Notes under the pieces: generated by a model
Seen by the model: only the letters and a program-made list of their open reading frames with translations
Told to the model about the DNA's origin: nothing
Database searches by the model: none
Translations under genes and position numbers: made by a program
From: Candidatus Cloacimonadota bacterium
Lineage (GTDB): Bacteria; Cloacimonadota; Cloacimonadia; G963667145
Length of the DNA: 64,000 nt
NCBI GenBank assembly: GCA_963676615.1
Contig: OY781092.1
Coordinates: 736,001-800,000, forward strand
Reading direction: 5' to 3'
Shown here: positions 51,403 to 63,600 of the stretch, piece after piece
Layout: each line of letters starts with the position of its first letter
Position numbering within the stretch: the stretch's first letter is position 1

Positions 51403-52719
51403 TTAGTTAAAATTTAAATCCCTGCTAAAAGACAAACCCCAAAAAAAATCTTTGTAGGCGTAAAAAGTTTTGTAACTTTTATTCAAGTTTATCCCCTTAT
51501 TACTTACCACAAAAGCTATTTTGTTATTTTTTGCGGGTTCGTAGCCGATTTTAAAAATGCAAAACGGATACAAAATTCCCGCAAATTCGTCGGGCTTGAC
51601 ATAGTTCAAATCGAAATCCACGCTAGCGAAAAACGGCTCAAACCGCCGCAAATACTCGCCTTGCAAGCTCACTCCCCAAACATCGGTCTTCAAGATTTTT
51701 TCTTTTTGACCTTCTGTATAAACGCCCTGATATTCGCTAAAAACCGCCAATTGCGAAAACGGATTTTTGTAGGCAGACAGCGGGTAAAGCTCGTTGCCAA
51801 TCGTGTTTGCGCCCTGTGTTTTCTCTAAATCGATATAATCGACATCGTTTTTCAGACCGCTCAAAAAATTTTCTTCGTAATATCGTCCCTCTAGGCGAAA
51901 ATTTAGCTCCGATTTTGAGCGATTTTGGGCGAACTTTCCACCCAAAAGATAAGCTCCCGAACGATTGTCGAACCCTCTGTTTCCCGCAGAAAAGTAACCG
52001 CTCCAAGATTTTGCCCAGTAAAATTCCGAGCCGAGCGTCCAAACCAGCTTGGATTTGACAGTGTCCATATCGCCCAAACATTTGCCCATCGAGACGCTTG
52101 AGTGGCTGCTATACTCCGAGGTGCTGTCTCCAAAATTCAGCGCCAAAGTGTGCACAAACAGGTCGTCCGTGCGCAAACCGACGCTCCTCACCAAGTCGGC
52201 AACCCAAAAATATTTATAAGAAATCGCCTCCGATAGCTCAAACTCAGCCTCGATTCCACGCACATCTTGATTAAAAAGATACAGCCCCTGATTCAGCCGA
52301 TAATCGTCGAAATCGCCCATCTTTAGGCGAAAGTCGAAATCGGAAAAAAGCTGCTTCTCCAGTCGAAAAAATCCGCTGGGATAGACAAAAATGTTGTCCG
52401 ACGAGCGGTCGCCATAGGAGGCTCCGCGGTGCTCTCCGACAAGATTTGCCCACAAGATAATCCCTGGTGCGACATCAGTTTTTGTCCGAAATTTCAGCCA
52501 AGTAACGCCGTGGCTCAGCGGCTGCTCCGATCCGTAATTATCCTGCTTCCAATTATTTTTGTTGTAAAGCCGCGTCAAAACCTGCGATTTGTAATACGAG
52601 GGGTCGTCCGAGACATTCAGATATTCATACCAAGCGTCCACCAAAAATTTTGTCTGGGCGCTCAAAATTCCAAAGCCAAGAAGCAAAAAAAGGTTAGCTG
52701 TTCGTAGCCAAAATCTCAT
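51403..52719 (-). CDS. Hypothetical outer-membrane protein
   Basis: Signal peptide; aromatic-rich alternating beta-strand pattern. Confidence 0.55.
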   Translation of the reverse strand: MRFWLRTANLFLLLGFGILSAQTKFLVDAWYEYLNVSDDPSYYKSQVLTRLYNKNNWKQDNYGSEQPLSHGVTWLKFRTKTDVAPGIILWANLVGEHRGASYGDRSSDNIFVYPSGFFRLEKQLFSDFDFRLKMGDFDDYRLNQGLYLFNQDVRGIEAEFELSEAISYKYFWVADLVRSVGLRTDDLFVHTLALNFGDSTSEYSSHSSVSMGKCLGDMDTVKSKLVWTLGSEFYWAKSWSGYFSAGNRGFDNRSGAYLLGGKFAQNRSKSELNFRLEGRYYEENFLSGLKNDVDYIDLEKTQGANTIGNELYPLSAYKNPFSQLAVFSEYQGVYTEGQKEKILKTDVWGVSLQGEYLRRFEPFFASVDFDLNYVKPDEFAGILYPFCIFKIGYEPAKNNKIAFVVSNKGINLNKSYKTFYAYKDFFWGLSFSRDLNFN

Positions 52720-53830
52720 CGTAAACTTGCCGATTGACCTCTAAAATCTGCTCCAAACTCGGCGAAGCGACATTTTTCAGAGCGTCCAACTGCCCACAAA
52801 CAACCGAGCAAATTTCGGTGAATTTTATCTTTTTTTGCAAAAACAACAAGACCGCCGCTTCCGAAGCGCTATTGAGCACAGTCGGCGCCAATCCGCCATC
52901 TTTGCCTGCTTGCACTCCCGCAAAAAACAACGGAAATCTCGCCTTTTCTATCGGCTCAAAACTCAAGTTGCCGAGCTCGAAAAGATTGGTCTGCACGCCG
53001 TCGTCCAAAAAGCGCTCGGGATGCGAAAACGCATACAAAATCGGCAAAGTCATCGACGGGCTGCTCATCTGCGCCAAAATCGAGCCGTCCAAGCATTCCA
53101 CCATCGAATGCACTATCGACTGCCGATGAATCACAGGCACAATCTGCTGATAGCTCGTGCCAAAAAGATGCTGGGCTTCGATCACCTCCAGCGCCTTGTT
53201 CAGCATCGTGGCAGAATCAATCGAAATCTTGTTACCCATACTCCAGGTAGGATGCGCCAGCGCGTCCTCGACCTTGATGTCGGCAAAAGTTCCCAAAGGC
53301 CTGTCCAAAAACGGACCACCCGAAGCAGTCAGATAAATTTTTTTGATCGCCGCATAATCTTGACCGTGCATCGCCTGAAAAATCGCCGAATGCTCGCTAT
53401 CCACGGGCAAAAGTTTGCTTCCCGAAATTTTCAGCTTCTCTTTGACCAAATCGCCAGCCATCACCAGCGTCTCTTTGTTCGCCAGCGCCAAATCGACGCC
53501 TTTTTCCACACTCGCCAGAGAAAATTCCAAGCCAGCCGAGCCAGAAATCGCGTTGAGTAAAATGTCGAACTCTTGCTCGGCGATTAGCGACAGCAAACTT
53601 TGCTTACCATAATAAACCCGCACGCCTTGCGGCACATCGCACTCTGCCTTGCTCACACCAGTCAAAACGACATTAGGAATTTTGAACTCAGCCGCATACT
53701 CAAAAAGTTTTTGGCTATCACGATGAGCCGATGCCAGCACCACCGAGAACTTATCGGAATGCGCCCGCACGACCGTCGCCGCAGATTGCCCAATCGAGCC
53801 GCTAAACCCGAGAATCGCCACCTTTTTCAT
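52694..53830 (-). CDS. dxr: 1-deoxy-D-xylulose-5-phosphate reductoisomerase
   Basis: LGFSGSIG, LALANKE, PVDSEH, LTASGGPF, HPTWSMGNKISIDSA. Confidence 0.97.
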   Translation of the reverse strand: MKKVAILGFSGSIGQSAATVVRAHSDKFSVVLASAHRDSQKLFEYAAEFKIPNVVLTGVSKAECDVPQGVRVYYGKQSLLSLIAEQEFDILLNAISGSAGLEFSLASVEKGVDLALANKETLVMAGDLVKEKLKISGSKLLPVDSEHSAIFQAMHGQDYAAIKKIYLTASGGPFLDRPLGTFADIKVEDALAHPTWSMGNKISIDSATMLNKALEVIEAQHLFGTSYQQIVPVIHRQSIVHSMVECLDGSILAQMSSPSMTLPILYAFSHPERFLDDGVQTNLFELGNLSFEPIEKARFPLFFAGVQAGKDGGLAPTVLNSASEAAVLLFLQKKIKFTEICSVVCGQLDALKNVASPSLEQILEVNRQVYDEILATNS

Positions 53831-54276
53831 CACACCCCCTTGAGCGCTCTGGCGGTGTCCCGCTTGATATCGTTCTGCTTAATCGTCTGCCGTTTGTCGT
53901 GCAATTTTTTCCCTTTCGCAAGGCTGATAGTGATTTTGGCGAGTCCCTTTCCGTTGATATAAATTTTTTTGGGAACTATCGTAAGCCCCTGCTCAGCCGT
54001 CTTTTTTTCCAGCTTCCGAATCTCTTTTTTCGTCAGCAAAAGTTTTCGTTTGCGTAGCGGCTCGTGATTAAAAAAACTGGCAGTTTTGTGTGGCGAGATG
54101 TGCAGCCCAGAGAGCCAAACTTCGCCTTTTTCCAGATGAGCATACGCGTCCAAAAAATTCAGCTTGCCCTCTCGAATCGACTTGATTTCCGTGCCCAAAA
54201 GTTGAATGCCTGCCTCGAAATCTTCCAGAAAAAAGAAGTTGTGATACGCCTTTTTGTTTTTAATATTGGTCATCAT
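53830..54276 (-). CDS. smpB: SsrA-binding protein
   Basis: NKKAYHNF, EAGIQLLGTEIKS, RKRKLLL, KGKKLHDKR. Confidence 0.97.
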   Translation of the reverse strand: MMTNIKNKKAYHNFFFLEDFEAGIQLLGTEIKSIREGKLNFLDAYAHLEKGEVWLSGLHISPHKTASFFNHEPLRKRKLLLTKKEIRKLEKKTAEQGLTIVPKKIYINGKGLAKITISLAKGKKLHDKRQTIKQNDIKRDTARALKGV

Positions 54277-55588
54277 TTTGCGAGGCGATGGGAATCTCTC
54301 TCTTTTTGGTCAAAGTTGGTCTGGATTTGAAAACATCAAACCCGATAAATCCGATAGACAGTTTAAATTCCTGCTCGTTATAGCCGTTATCCGCTTTCGA
54401 GCCGCGCGTGGAGTATTCCAAAGCAACACTCGCTCTGGCTTCTCCCGCATCAGCCACAGGAATGTCAAATCCAGCGGTAATTCCGTGCTCAACAAGCCGA
54501 TGATCCTGCACCTTAAACGGAAACTCCTTGCGATAATATCCAAAGCGGAACGGAAAGTTCCAATACCACGGATCGATGTCCATATCGTAGGCAAGACCGA
54601 TGCCGAAATTAAAAGTGTTATCCATCTTCTCGTCCGCAAAAAACGAGCTCGCCTTCCAAATTTGGTAGTCGGCGTCCAAACTTAGCTTCCAATTTTCGTC
54701 GAATTTATAGGTAAAACCTACTCCAAAAATCTCGGGCAGATTTATGCTCTCCCGCTTTTTGTTATTCACAATGGTGCTATCTTTGTAGGTGTAGGCAGAA
54801 TCTTTGCCAATCGTCGAGCCTTGCGTGTATTTGTAAACCTCAAAAATCGTCGATGTGTTGCTAAATTCGTTGTCGCCGCTCAGCTTCACCGCTGGATAGT
54901 AGTAGGCTCCCAGCGAAAAATTCTCGAACTCCTTGGAAACGCCGATATTGTAGCTAAACGCCTTCGACTCGAAATCTTCGGAAACGGTGTGAACAGAGTC
55001 TAGCCGCTGCGTCACCACATCGTTTGTGTCATGAACAGCAAATTTGTCTTTGTCTGTGTAAATCTGATCGCTCTGCGCCGAACCGACATAGTAGCTGCCG
55101 CCAACACCGATATTGAACCACGGCGTTTTGCGGTCATAAACCAACCCAACTTTGTAAAAATCACTAAAAAACTCCTCTTTGTTGTCCGCTAGGCTAAATT
55201 CGTAGTCGCCCGAGTATCCCGAGGCAAAATCAAAAGCGAAGAAATTTTGACCTATGGGAATAACGATGTTAAAAAACGGCAAGTCGTATTCCCGAGAACG
55301 CGACAATTCCAGCTCGTCGTCGCTCTGCTTGAAATATCGCCAACCAGCAGAAAGTCCCGTGGAAAATTTCACATTGCTGGTCGTGGCTGCCACCGACGGA
55401 TTTTGCAAACAGGGGTTGAACCGAAACAGATCCGCAGAGCCAGAATAGCCCATACCAGCCGAGTAAATATCCAAGCCCAAATTTTGCTTGGTAAAACCTT
55501 TTTTACTGAAAGGCGAGGCAGCAAACGCACCGCCGAACAAGGTCAAAAACAGTAACAGGAACAAAAATTTTTTCAAAACAATTCTCAC
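54260..55588 (-). CDS. Outer-membrane beta-barrel protein (FadL/PorV-like)
   Basis: Signal peptide, SPFS..G, SAGMG, NPS hatch-like motif, alternating beta strands. Confidence 0.6.
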   Translation of the reverse strand: MRIVLKKFLFLLLFLTLFGGAFAASPFSKKGFTKQNLGLDIYSAGMGYSGSADLFRFNPCLQNPSVAATTSNVKFSTGLSAGWRYFKQSDDELELSRSREYDLPFFNIVIPIGQNFFAFDFASGYSGDYEFSLADNKEEFFSDFYKVGLVYDRKTPWFNIGVGGSYYVGSAQSDQIYTDKDKFAVHDTNDVVTQRLDSVHTVSEDFESKAFSYNIGVSKEFENFSLGAYYYPAVKLSGDNEFSNTSTIFEVYKYTQGSTIGKDSAYTYKDSTIVNNKKRESINLPEIFGVGFTYKFDENWKLSLDADYQIWKASSFFADEKMDNTFNFGIGLAYDMDIDPWYWNFPFRFGYYRKEFPFKVQDHRLVEHGITAGFDIPVADAGEARASVALEYSTRGSKADNGYNEQEFKLSIGFIGFDVFKSRPTLTKKREIPIASQNDDQY

Positions 55589-55719
55589 TTTTTCTTAATT
55601 TGATAACGAAACTAACCTTTTTCGAGTATGCAGTTTGTCAAACAAAAACTCTTTGAGAGCAAAACCTGAACGCCCAGCGACATCGGCAATTTTGACAAAA
55701 TTTTTGCAACACTGCAAAA

Positions 55720-56001
55720 TTATTCGGGCGTCACCTGAATCACCTGCACGACTGGCAAAAGTTCTTTGGCGTCCGTTTCGCTATAAACTATCTCCACGCG
55801 TCTGCCCTGCAGCTGCAAAAGCTCGTTTCGCAACCCTTTCAGCTTAAACTTTTGCCCGTCGTCACATTTCAAAATGAAAAACGAAAAAGGCTCGTTCCCC
55901 GTAAAGACAAGCTTTCCGCTAGCTGTTTTCTTACTGCTCATTCCCAAAAGAAACACTCCCAAAATAAACAAAAAAACCGTTTTTTTTAATCTAGAATTCA
56001 T
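55720..56001 (-). CDS. Small hypothetical exported protein
   Basis: N-terminal hydrophobic signal; GKLVFTGNEPF; co-oriented with its neighbours. Confidence 0.6.
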   Translation of the reverse strand: MNSRLKKTVFLFILGVFLLGMSSKKTASGKLVFTGNEPFSFFILKCDDGQKFKLKGLRNELLQLQGRRVEIVYSETDAKELLPVVQVIQVTPE

Positions 56002-56022
56002 CAATACACCCTTTATTAAAAT

Positions 56023-57615
56023 CTATTTTGCGACTACTGTCAGCTCCAAATTTTTATCCAGCATTAACACATCGATCACATATTTGCCAACAGGCAAACG
56101 CTCTTTTATCTTAAAATATTTGTTCGAGTTTGCGCTAATATCCGAAGCAGAGTTTACCGCATAAACCCGTGGTGAGCCTTTGTCAAAAGCGTTAATTTCG
56201 CACAGGTTATAATCCACTCCGTTAGCGCTGCTCTCCAAATCCAGATTATAGCAAAACTCGCCGCTGCTGCCGTCGATGTCCGAGAGCAAATACGCGGCAC
56301 CCCATTTTTTCATCAAATTTGCAAAGCTCTCTCCCGTTACCTCTTCCACTGCATCAAAACTTTTCTTTTTGCTCGCATAAATTTTCTTCACAAAATCTGC
56401 ACCGCCAAACTGTCGCAAAAGATACGAACCAAGCCCGTAGTGAATTGCGTAAGAAGCTTCCAGATCTTCGCCCCAGCTGCCAACAGAATAATCGTTGCAG
56501 TTGTTTAGCTTTTCAAACCGATTGTTGTATGGCGACGAACTAAAATCACCAAAAAGCTTTTGCGCCACCAAATCTTCGACACTCATCGAAAGCAGACTCT
56601 TGAGCCAATTTTCTTGATAAACACCTTTTTTTTCAAAAAGTTGATAGGAATTTATCATATGCTGAAAATCGTAGGCGAGCCTGGAAATCGACAATCTTGG
56701 CAAAGAGTCGTCCACGCTCCAATTTCGACCGTCGCCAATTGCATAAATAGGCGCATCGAGATACAACAAAAGCCGCTCATTAGAATTTGGCACCCGTTTT
56801 TTTTTGTAAGAATTCCCTCTCCAAAAGAAGCCTAATTTGCCTTTAGCGTCATCGTCGTTACCAATATCGCAAAGCAAAATATCTATCGGCTGCTCAGCTG
56901 CAATCAACTCATTTTTGTCTCTATCTCCCCACTCTTCGCCACAAATATTGGTCACCCAATCGTAAATATCGTTATCTTCCCCTGTCTTCAAAAATTTGTC
57001 AGCCACCGCATCTACCATCGCTTGATTAACCAATCTCTTTTTCTTTCCTGTTTTCTGCCAACAATCGTCTGCCACCCAAATATTCACAGATTTTTTGCCA
57101 AATTTTGTAGGAACAGAAACTTTCTTGCGACAATGAGCGGGAATTTTTGTGGCAGGCAAAACAGAAACATCTTTAAAAAGGGCTCTTTCGCTGAGCGTAT
57201 CCTGTTTTGAAACAGAAAAAACTTTACTCTTCGCACTTTTTTTTGTTAACTTTGTTTTCTTTTTTAATCCCGTTTTACGATTTTGGGAGCCAAATCTAGC
57301 AGCAACCGAATCGCCGACAACATTAAAATCGATATCATTGCTTTTAACGCTATAATTTTGGCTCTTCACAACGCTCGTTTTGCTGGTGTTTGTAAAAACA
57401 AAATAAACATCTGTCTTTTTTTTTACATCAAAAGTCAACCTTACTTTTGCCAAATCGCCTCGATTTACAAATGCCACATTTTTATCTTCGACAACAATTG
57501 TCTGGTAAAAGACAGAGTCGGAAGAGCTAACTGCTTGGTCGTCAGAATTCGAAGACCAGCAACTCTGCAAGCTAAAAATCACTCCCAAAAAAAGTATTCG
57601 CCAAACCACTTTCAT
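56023..57615 (-). CDS. Lipoprotein with peptidase M30-like fold and degenerate zinc site
   Basis: LQSC lipobox; NIWVADD, DIYDWVTNICGEEWG, GFFW, SNERLLLYLD; LAYDFQHMIN in place of LAHEFQHMIN. Confidence 0.7.
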   Translation of the reverse strand: MKVVWRILFLGVIFSLQSCWSSNSDDQAVSSSDSVFYQTIVVEDKNVAFVNRGDLAKVRLTFDVKKKTDVYFVFTNTSKTSVVKSQNYSVKSNDIDFNVVGDSVAARFGSQNRKTGLKKKTKLTKKSAKSKVFSVSKQDTLSERALFKDVSVLPATKIPAHCRKKVSVPTKFGKKSVNIWVADDCWQKTGKKKRLVNQAMVDAVADKFLKTGEDNDIYDWVTNICGEEWGDRDKNELIAAEQPIDILLCDIGNDDDAKGKLGFFWRGNSYKKKRVPNSNERLLLYLDAPIYAIGDGRNWSVDDSLPRLSISRLAYDFQHMINSYQLFEKKGVYQENWLKSLLSMSVEDLVAQKLFGDFSSSPYNNRFEKLNNCNDYSVGSWGEDLEASYAIHYGLGSYLLRQFGGADFVKKIYASKKKSFDAVEEVTGESFANLMKKWGAAYLLSDIDGSSGEFCYNLDLESSANGVDYNLCEINAFDKGSPRVYAVNSASDISANSNKYFKIKERLPVGKYVIDVLMLDKNLELTVVAK

Positions 57616-57662
57616 CTCTTCAATCGTCCCTACCAGCAAATTTCAAAAAAACTTTGCATCAA

Positions 57663-60600
57663 CTAAATCTTCTCCCACATCGCATAAAGCACAATCGGCT
57701 GGTCAAAAGTAAATGTAGAACCGACTCCATAACTCGTTCCACTCCCATCTGGGCTTGTGTTCCAGCCTGCAAAAACATAACCCTCTTTGCTCATATCGTT
57801 TTGGTTTTTGACCGTTACAGTTTGCCCAGAAGCATAAATTGTGGCATCTTCCTGGCTCCCAATTCCTCCGTTAACATTATACAGCACCCTGTTTGACGGA
57901 GCGACATAATCGGTCACATACTCCCAAGCCCAATCTACCACACCTGGCTCGTTGGTCATATTCCCGGCAAGACCTCGATAAATTTTCCCATCGTGATGCA
58001 CATATCCACCAACCTCAATCATTTTAGACGAGCTGACCCACGCTGGAATATTCAAAACTCTGACTTCGTAATCGTAGTAATCTTCGTAGCTACTATAAGA
58101 CGCCTTAACCTTGATTTTATGAACACCAAGCTCGGTGGATTTGCCCGAAATAACCCCGTTGTAGCTCATACTCATTCCCTGTGGCAATTTGCCCGAAACT
58201 ATCTCCATCTTTGCGTTTCCGCCCGTTCCAAATGCGTTTATCAACTCCAAAGCGTCTTGCGCTTCAAAATTGTAATAAACCTCCAGCATCTCCTTTCCTG
58301 TTGCAAATCCGAAATGAACCTCCTCCACAATCGCCTGAGTTGCGCTCTCGACAAACTCCCAACTGCCCTTTGCGTCCCAATCAACAGACCAAGCTGCAAA
58401 TCCGCGTGGCTTTTTGTTTAGAGAGCCCAAATTGTTCCACACCCTTTTTAGCTGCGATTCGTCCAAAGCGTAGCCTCGCATCGGGCTTTCGTCCTCACTG
58501 ATTGCATCTGCGGCGTATTTGTTTGCGGCGATATTTACCACAAATTTATCTAAATCGTAGCTTGGGTAATTTGCATCTTCTCCCGTAAAAGCCCGCGTGC
58601 AGGCAACCGCGAAATCGGCAAAACTTGTGTTATCCACGCTAATCTCGCTTCCGCCAACATTCACCGCCCAACTTCTTTGGTTATATAGCTTCGGCGCCAC
58701 ATAATCTATTCGGCTCTTAATTTCCTCGTCGTTCAGCCAGCCATAATAAAAGTTTGGCGCTTTGCACATCGGAATTTCAGGAGAAGCGGTAAACATAAAA
58801 TCGGGGTCGCTTCCGCCGCGATAATAATCAACCAACTCCGCACACGCTTCGTCCAAATAGGAGTAGTTATCGACCAAAACTTGATTGTCCGCTAGCCTTG
58901 CTTGGACAAAAATTTCGACTCCATCAAAACCGTAATTGCCGATAATTGTTTTTAGGCTAGCGACAAAAGCGTCTTTTTCGGAACTATTTGCGATGCTAAA
59001 ATGCAGCCCCTGCGTTGTGTCCCCCACGGCAATAAGCACTTTTTTGCCTGTTGCTTGTGCCGCCTGCACTGTCGCCTTGCTAAAACCAGCTGGCGCCGCA
59101 AAACTTGCCACAGAAGAGCCGTTTGTTTGCGGAATGGCAAAAGCTACACAAACAACATCGTATTCGTATGCAGGCGAGCTTGGATTGGCAAAATCACTGA
59201 ATGGAACATCTACACTTTGGACGCTTGTCCCGTCGTCCCAAACAACACCCAAATTGCCGCCATACCAATATCCTGCCACCATTTTGCCCGCTACGCTCGC
59301 ATTTATTTGCTGCCAGTTTGCATAAAGCGAAGTGTTGCTCGCCATTCTAAAACTTTCTCCTGGCATCAAATTGATTCCAGAGCCGTCGTTTTTGGTGTTC
59401 CAGCCAACAAAATTGTAACCAGACTTGCTCAATCCAGCAGCGGCTGGCAAAACAACTTCTTGATCAAAAGCGTAGTTGCCATCAGGCGGCACTGTCCCGC
59501 TTCCGCCGTTCGCATAATAGTTCAGAGAGTAGCTTTTGGCAGCCCATTTGGCATACATCGTCATATCGCCCGTTGGCGCAAATGGGAACGAAATTTTTGT
59601 GGACAAAGAAGCGTCGCTATACCAGCCTTCCAAATCGTAACCTTGTCTCACCGCTTCTGGCGACTCCATCAGCGAATCTTTTATCACCTGCATATCCGCA
59701 ATCTCCTGTCCACCATTCACATCAAACCTGATATTTCTTCTAACATAATCCCATTTCGCATAAACCGTTTTGCTCTGGGAAATAGTCAGCGGCAAAATCA
59801 CTGGATTGTAAAGACCGTTGTCCAAATACCAACCGTCAAACACTCGATTAGCTTTACTCGGCGTTGGCAAACTAGCGACCGTGTATGGAGATGCGCCAGT
59901 TATCGGCTCCACCGCGCTGCCTCCATTAACCACAAAACTCAAAATCGCATAATCGCCACTAACTGCACCAAACACCTGCAAATCCGCAAACTCGTTAAAT
60001 TGCAAATATTGCTTAGCTGGATAAAACTCTGCCCCTGGCTGAAGTGCCTCCACCGTGTAGTTCCGACCGTTCGACAAACCATTAACAATCGCCACTCCGT
60101 TCGCATCGGTAAGCCCACCGTAACTATTCCCACTAGCGTCTGTAACTTTGATCGTCACCCCTGCCAAATCTTGCCAAGTCACCGAGTTTCTAGCTCGCAC
60201 CGTTATCGCCTTGTTCACACTCGCATCCGAGTAAAACGGCAAAATAACATCCTCGCTTTCGACCTTTAATCCGCTAGAAAGCTTATGGCTATTCACAAAA
60301 TACTTGTAGTCATACTCTCCACCAGACGCAGAAATCCGCCCATAAGTCAGATAATCGCCATTGAAATTTTTCGCATCGGTATAAATCTCTTTTCCGCTTT
60401 GCCCAGCAAAAGCTTTCGCTCCACCAGACACAAAATCGTAAATCGCACCAGAATTAAAACCAACACCCATACTTATCTCTTCGCTCGCCAAAAACTCGCC
60501 GTCGTAAAAATAGGTGAAAATTTTGTCCGCCACAATATTCGGCTTCGCAAAATTCGTCGCCACAAAATCGACATTTTCATCTCTGACAATATCGACAACA

Positions 60601-63600
60601 AACGGGCTTTCCCCGCTCTTTGACTCGATGCTATAGCCGTCTTTCGCACAAGAAATCACCACGCTAGCTCCTGCAGTTACATCATCAAACGCGTAATTTC
60701 CCGCAGCGTCCGTTTGCACAGACTGCGCAAAATCGCCACTAGCCTCTACCACAACTCCTGCTACTGGCGTTCCTGCGCTTGTTGCCACATTTCCCGTAAT
60801 CTTGAGCGCTGGCCCAATATAACTCACAGCCAACTTCGGCAGCCTCGCCACTCCCTCTATCACCTCAACTGGAATATTTTCATCGCCCTTATATTGATGA
60901 GAAAAATCGGCTTTATACACCTCAAATTTGCTCAAATCCAACTTAAGATAATAGTCGCCGACCTCTGCATTCAGAACGAACTCGCCGTTTTTATCGCTTA
61001 TTGCGCTACTAACCAAAGAGTTATCAGAACTTTTATAAAGCTCTGCGGGAAAACCTTGGAAAGGTTCAGAGCTATAATCCACAATCTCACCCTCTATCGG
61101 GAAACCGTATCCGTCTGGCAAAACTTGAAGATTGTTAAAAGGATACGCATTTTCGCAATCCGTATTCTCTCCAGGCTCAACCCCCAGATTTGCACAAAAA
61201 TGGTTGTAAAAACCAACTCTGCTCTCCACTTTGGCATCGGCATCAGCCACCCGTGTCGGATTGTTTTCGGCGTTGCCAGCCTCAAGTTCTCCGTTTATTA
61301 TGTTGATCGTCAAGCCATAGCCGACAAACAAGCGGTTGTAAACCTGCTCTTTTTTGCTAAGAGAAGTTGGAGCGTCCCAGCCGCCGATAATCGCGGCGTG
61401 GCAAGACGGCTTTTTCCCTTGCGGAGTCATCCAAAACCAAATCGCCGATTCCCAAAAAGCGACAGGATCTTCAAACAACTTGTCTGGATTCTCCAAAAGG
61501 ACGCTCTTATCTCCATAAATCGCCTGGCTGGCTTGACCATAATTTCCGTTCCAGGACAGCTGAAGCGGACCTCGCCCAAAATACGCTTTGCCTGCTACGG
61601 CTGGATATTCCACAGAATTTTGCACATAATCAGAAAGCGGATTTTGCTCTTTGGGAAAATAGTAGCCTTGAATATAATCGATAGAAGAGCCACCAGTTTC
61701 TTTGGCAGACTGAGCCAAAAACGCAGCAAGCTCCCGCTTTTTATCTTCCTGACTACCTTCACCCAAAAATTTTGGATACTTACTCGCAGCCTGTTCAAAC
61801 GAGCTATAATTAAACAAATTTTTATCCAAAATATCCGCTGGCGTCCCCGTATTTCGCGATGGAAACCACGCGTTGAACTGAGTCTCACTCATCAAATTCG
61901 ACAAATTCTCCACCCACACTTTCCACATCGCATACAAAACAACATTTCCGCTAACACTTATTTGGTCGTTTGCTTGGTAAACGGCTCCTGTTCCGTCAGC
62001 TTTGGTATTCCAGCCGTCAAAAATATAGCCAGTTTTCGCCAAATCGCCGGCATCTTTTACCGTTGCCAAATCGTTCTTCACATAAGCAGAGTTATCGACT
62101 TGCAGTCCTGTTCCTCCGTTTGAGTTGTAACTAATCTGGAAAGTTTCGGGCGTCCACATAGCGTATAAAGTTGTATCGCTTAAAATGAAGATAGAGTCTT
62201 TTTTGTCCCAGCTTAGCGTATCGCCAGCGCCGGCACTATCAAAACACCAACCAGCAAACACATAATCCGACCGTTCCAAAGAGCCCCTGCTGCTCACAGC
62301 CACTTTTTCGCCATACGGGTAGCTAGCAGCTATCGGAGGCTCGCCCGCTGTTTGCTTGTCGCTAAAATAACTCAGCTGATAATTTTTGAGCGTCCACTTG
62401 CCGAACAACGAGTCCACACCCTGCACAACTAGCTGCTCCGAAGCTATCTTTTGGTCAGGCGACAAACTTGGCGCAAAATACCAACCCTCAAAATCGTAAT
62501 TTTCTTTAGCTATCGGCGTCAGCTGCAAACTCGTGTTGTAATCCCCTTGCAAAGTGTCCAAAATCTGCTCGCCATCAAACCTGTAAATATCGTAAACTTT
62601 GGGCAACCACCGCGCATACAAAGTATCCGCAGCCACAACTTTATAATCGTCGAAATCTATTTTCTTTGCCGCTTCATACGAAACATCGCTATACCACGCA
62701 TCCAAAGTGTAGTATTCTTCGCTTGGACTAGGAGCAATCAAACTCTCACCATAAGCCACCAAGGTGTCCTCTTTGCTCGTAGCTCCCTCAAAATCGTAAT
62801 AATAATTAACCAAGAAACTATCAGTCTCCCAATAGCCAAACAGCGTATCTGGCGCCAATACAGTCATTTTTGGCGCATCGATTTTGCCGATGGTATAATC
62901 ACTATTTTGCCACCAACCGTGCAAAGATTTACCTTCCGCAGCAAAATTTGGGAAAAACAACTCCGAGCCAGCAGCCTTCAGGCTATCAAGCTCCTGCTTG
63001 CTGCCGTCAACATCCTCTATCACAATTTTAACCAAATAGCTATCAATCAAAAACCTTGCATAATAAGTCGTATCCGCCACAACCTGCACGGCATCTGTCA
63101 ACTTTTCGCCAGAAAAATCAGCCGCCGAGTACCAGCCATCCAAATGATGATTTGCCAAACTAACCACAGGGAAATCTGCAAACTGCTCATACTCTTTGGT
63201 CAACGCCGAGTCGATTGTCGAGCCGTCAGGCTTCAGCACCTGATAATTCACCTCATAGCTCCGCTTCAACATCCGTCCAAAAAGCGTGTCGTCCTCGGTC
63301 ACGACCAAAGTTTCTGTAAATTTATCGCCAGAATAGCCAGTCGTTTGATACCAACCGTCAAAATAGTAATGCGCTCTGACTGGTTTCGGCAATTCCAAAA
63401 ATTGGCTAAATTTCTTAACACTATCGCCATAATCTGCTTCGTCCAGTCTAAACTCAATTCTGTAGCTATTTATGTGCCATTTTGCGTAAATCGTGGTATC
63501 CGAAACGACCCTTATCTTAAAGCCAGCAAGGTAATTATCACCCGTGGTGTCCGCAAGAGAGTTCCAGCCAACAAAAGTGTATCCGGGCTTAAGCATTCCG

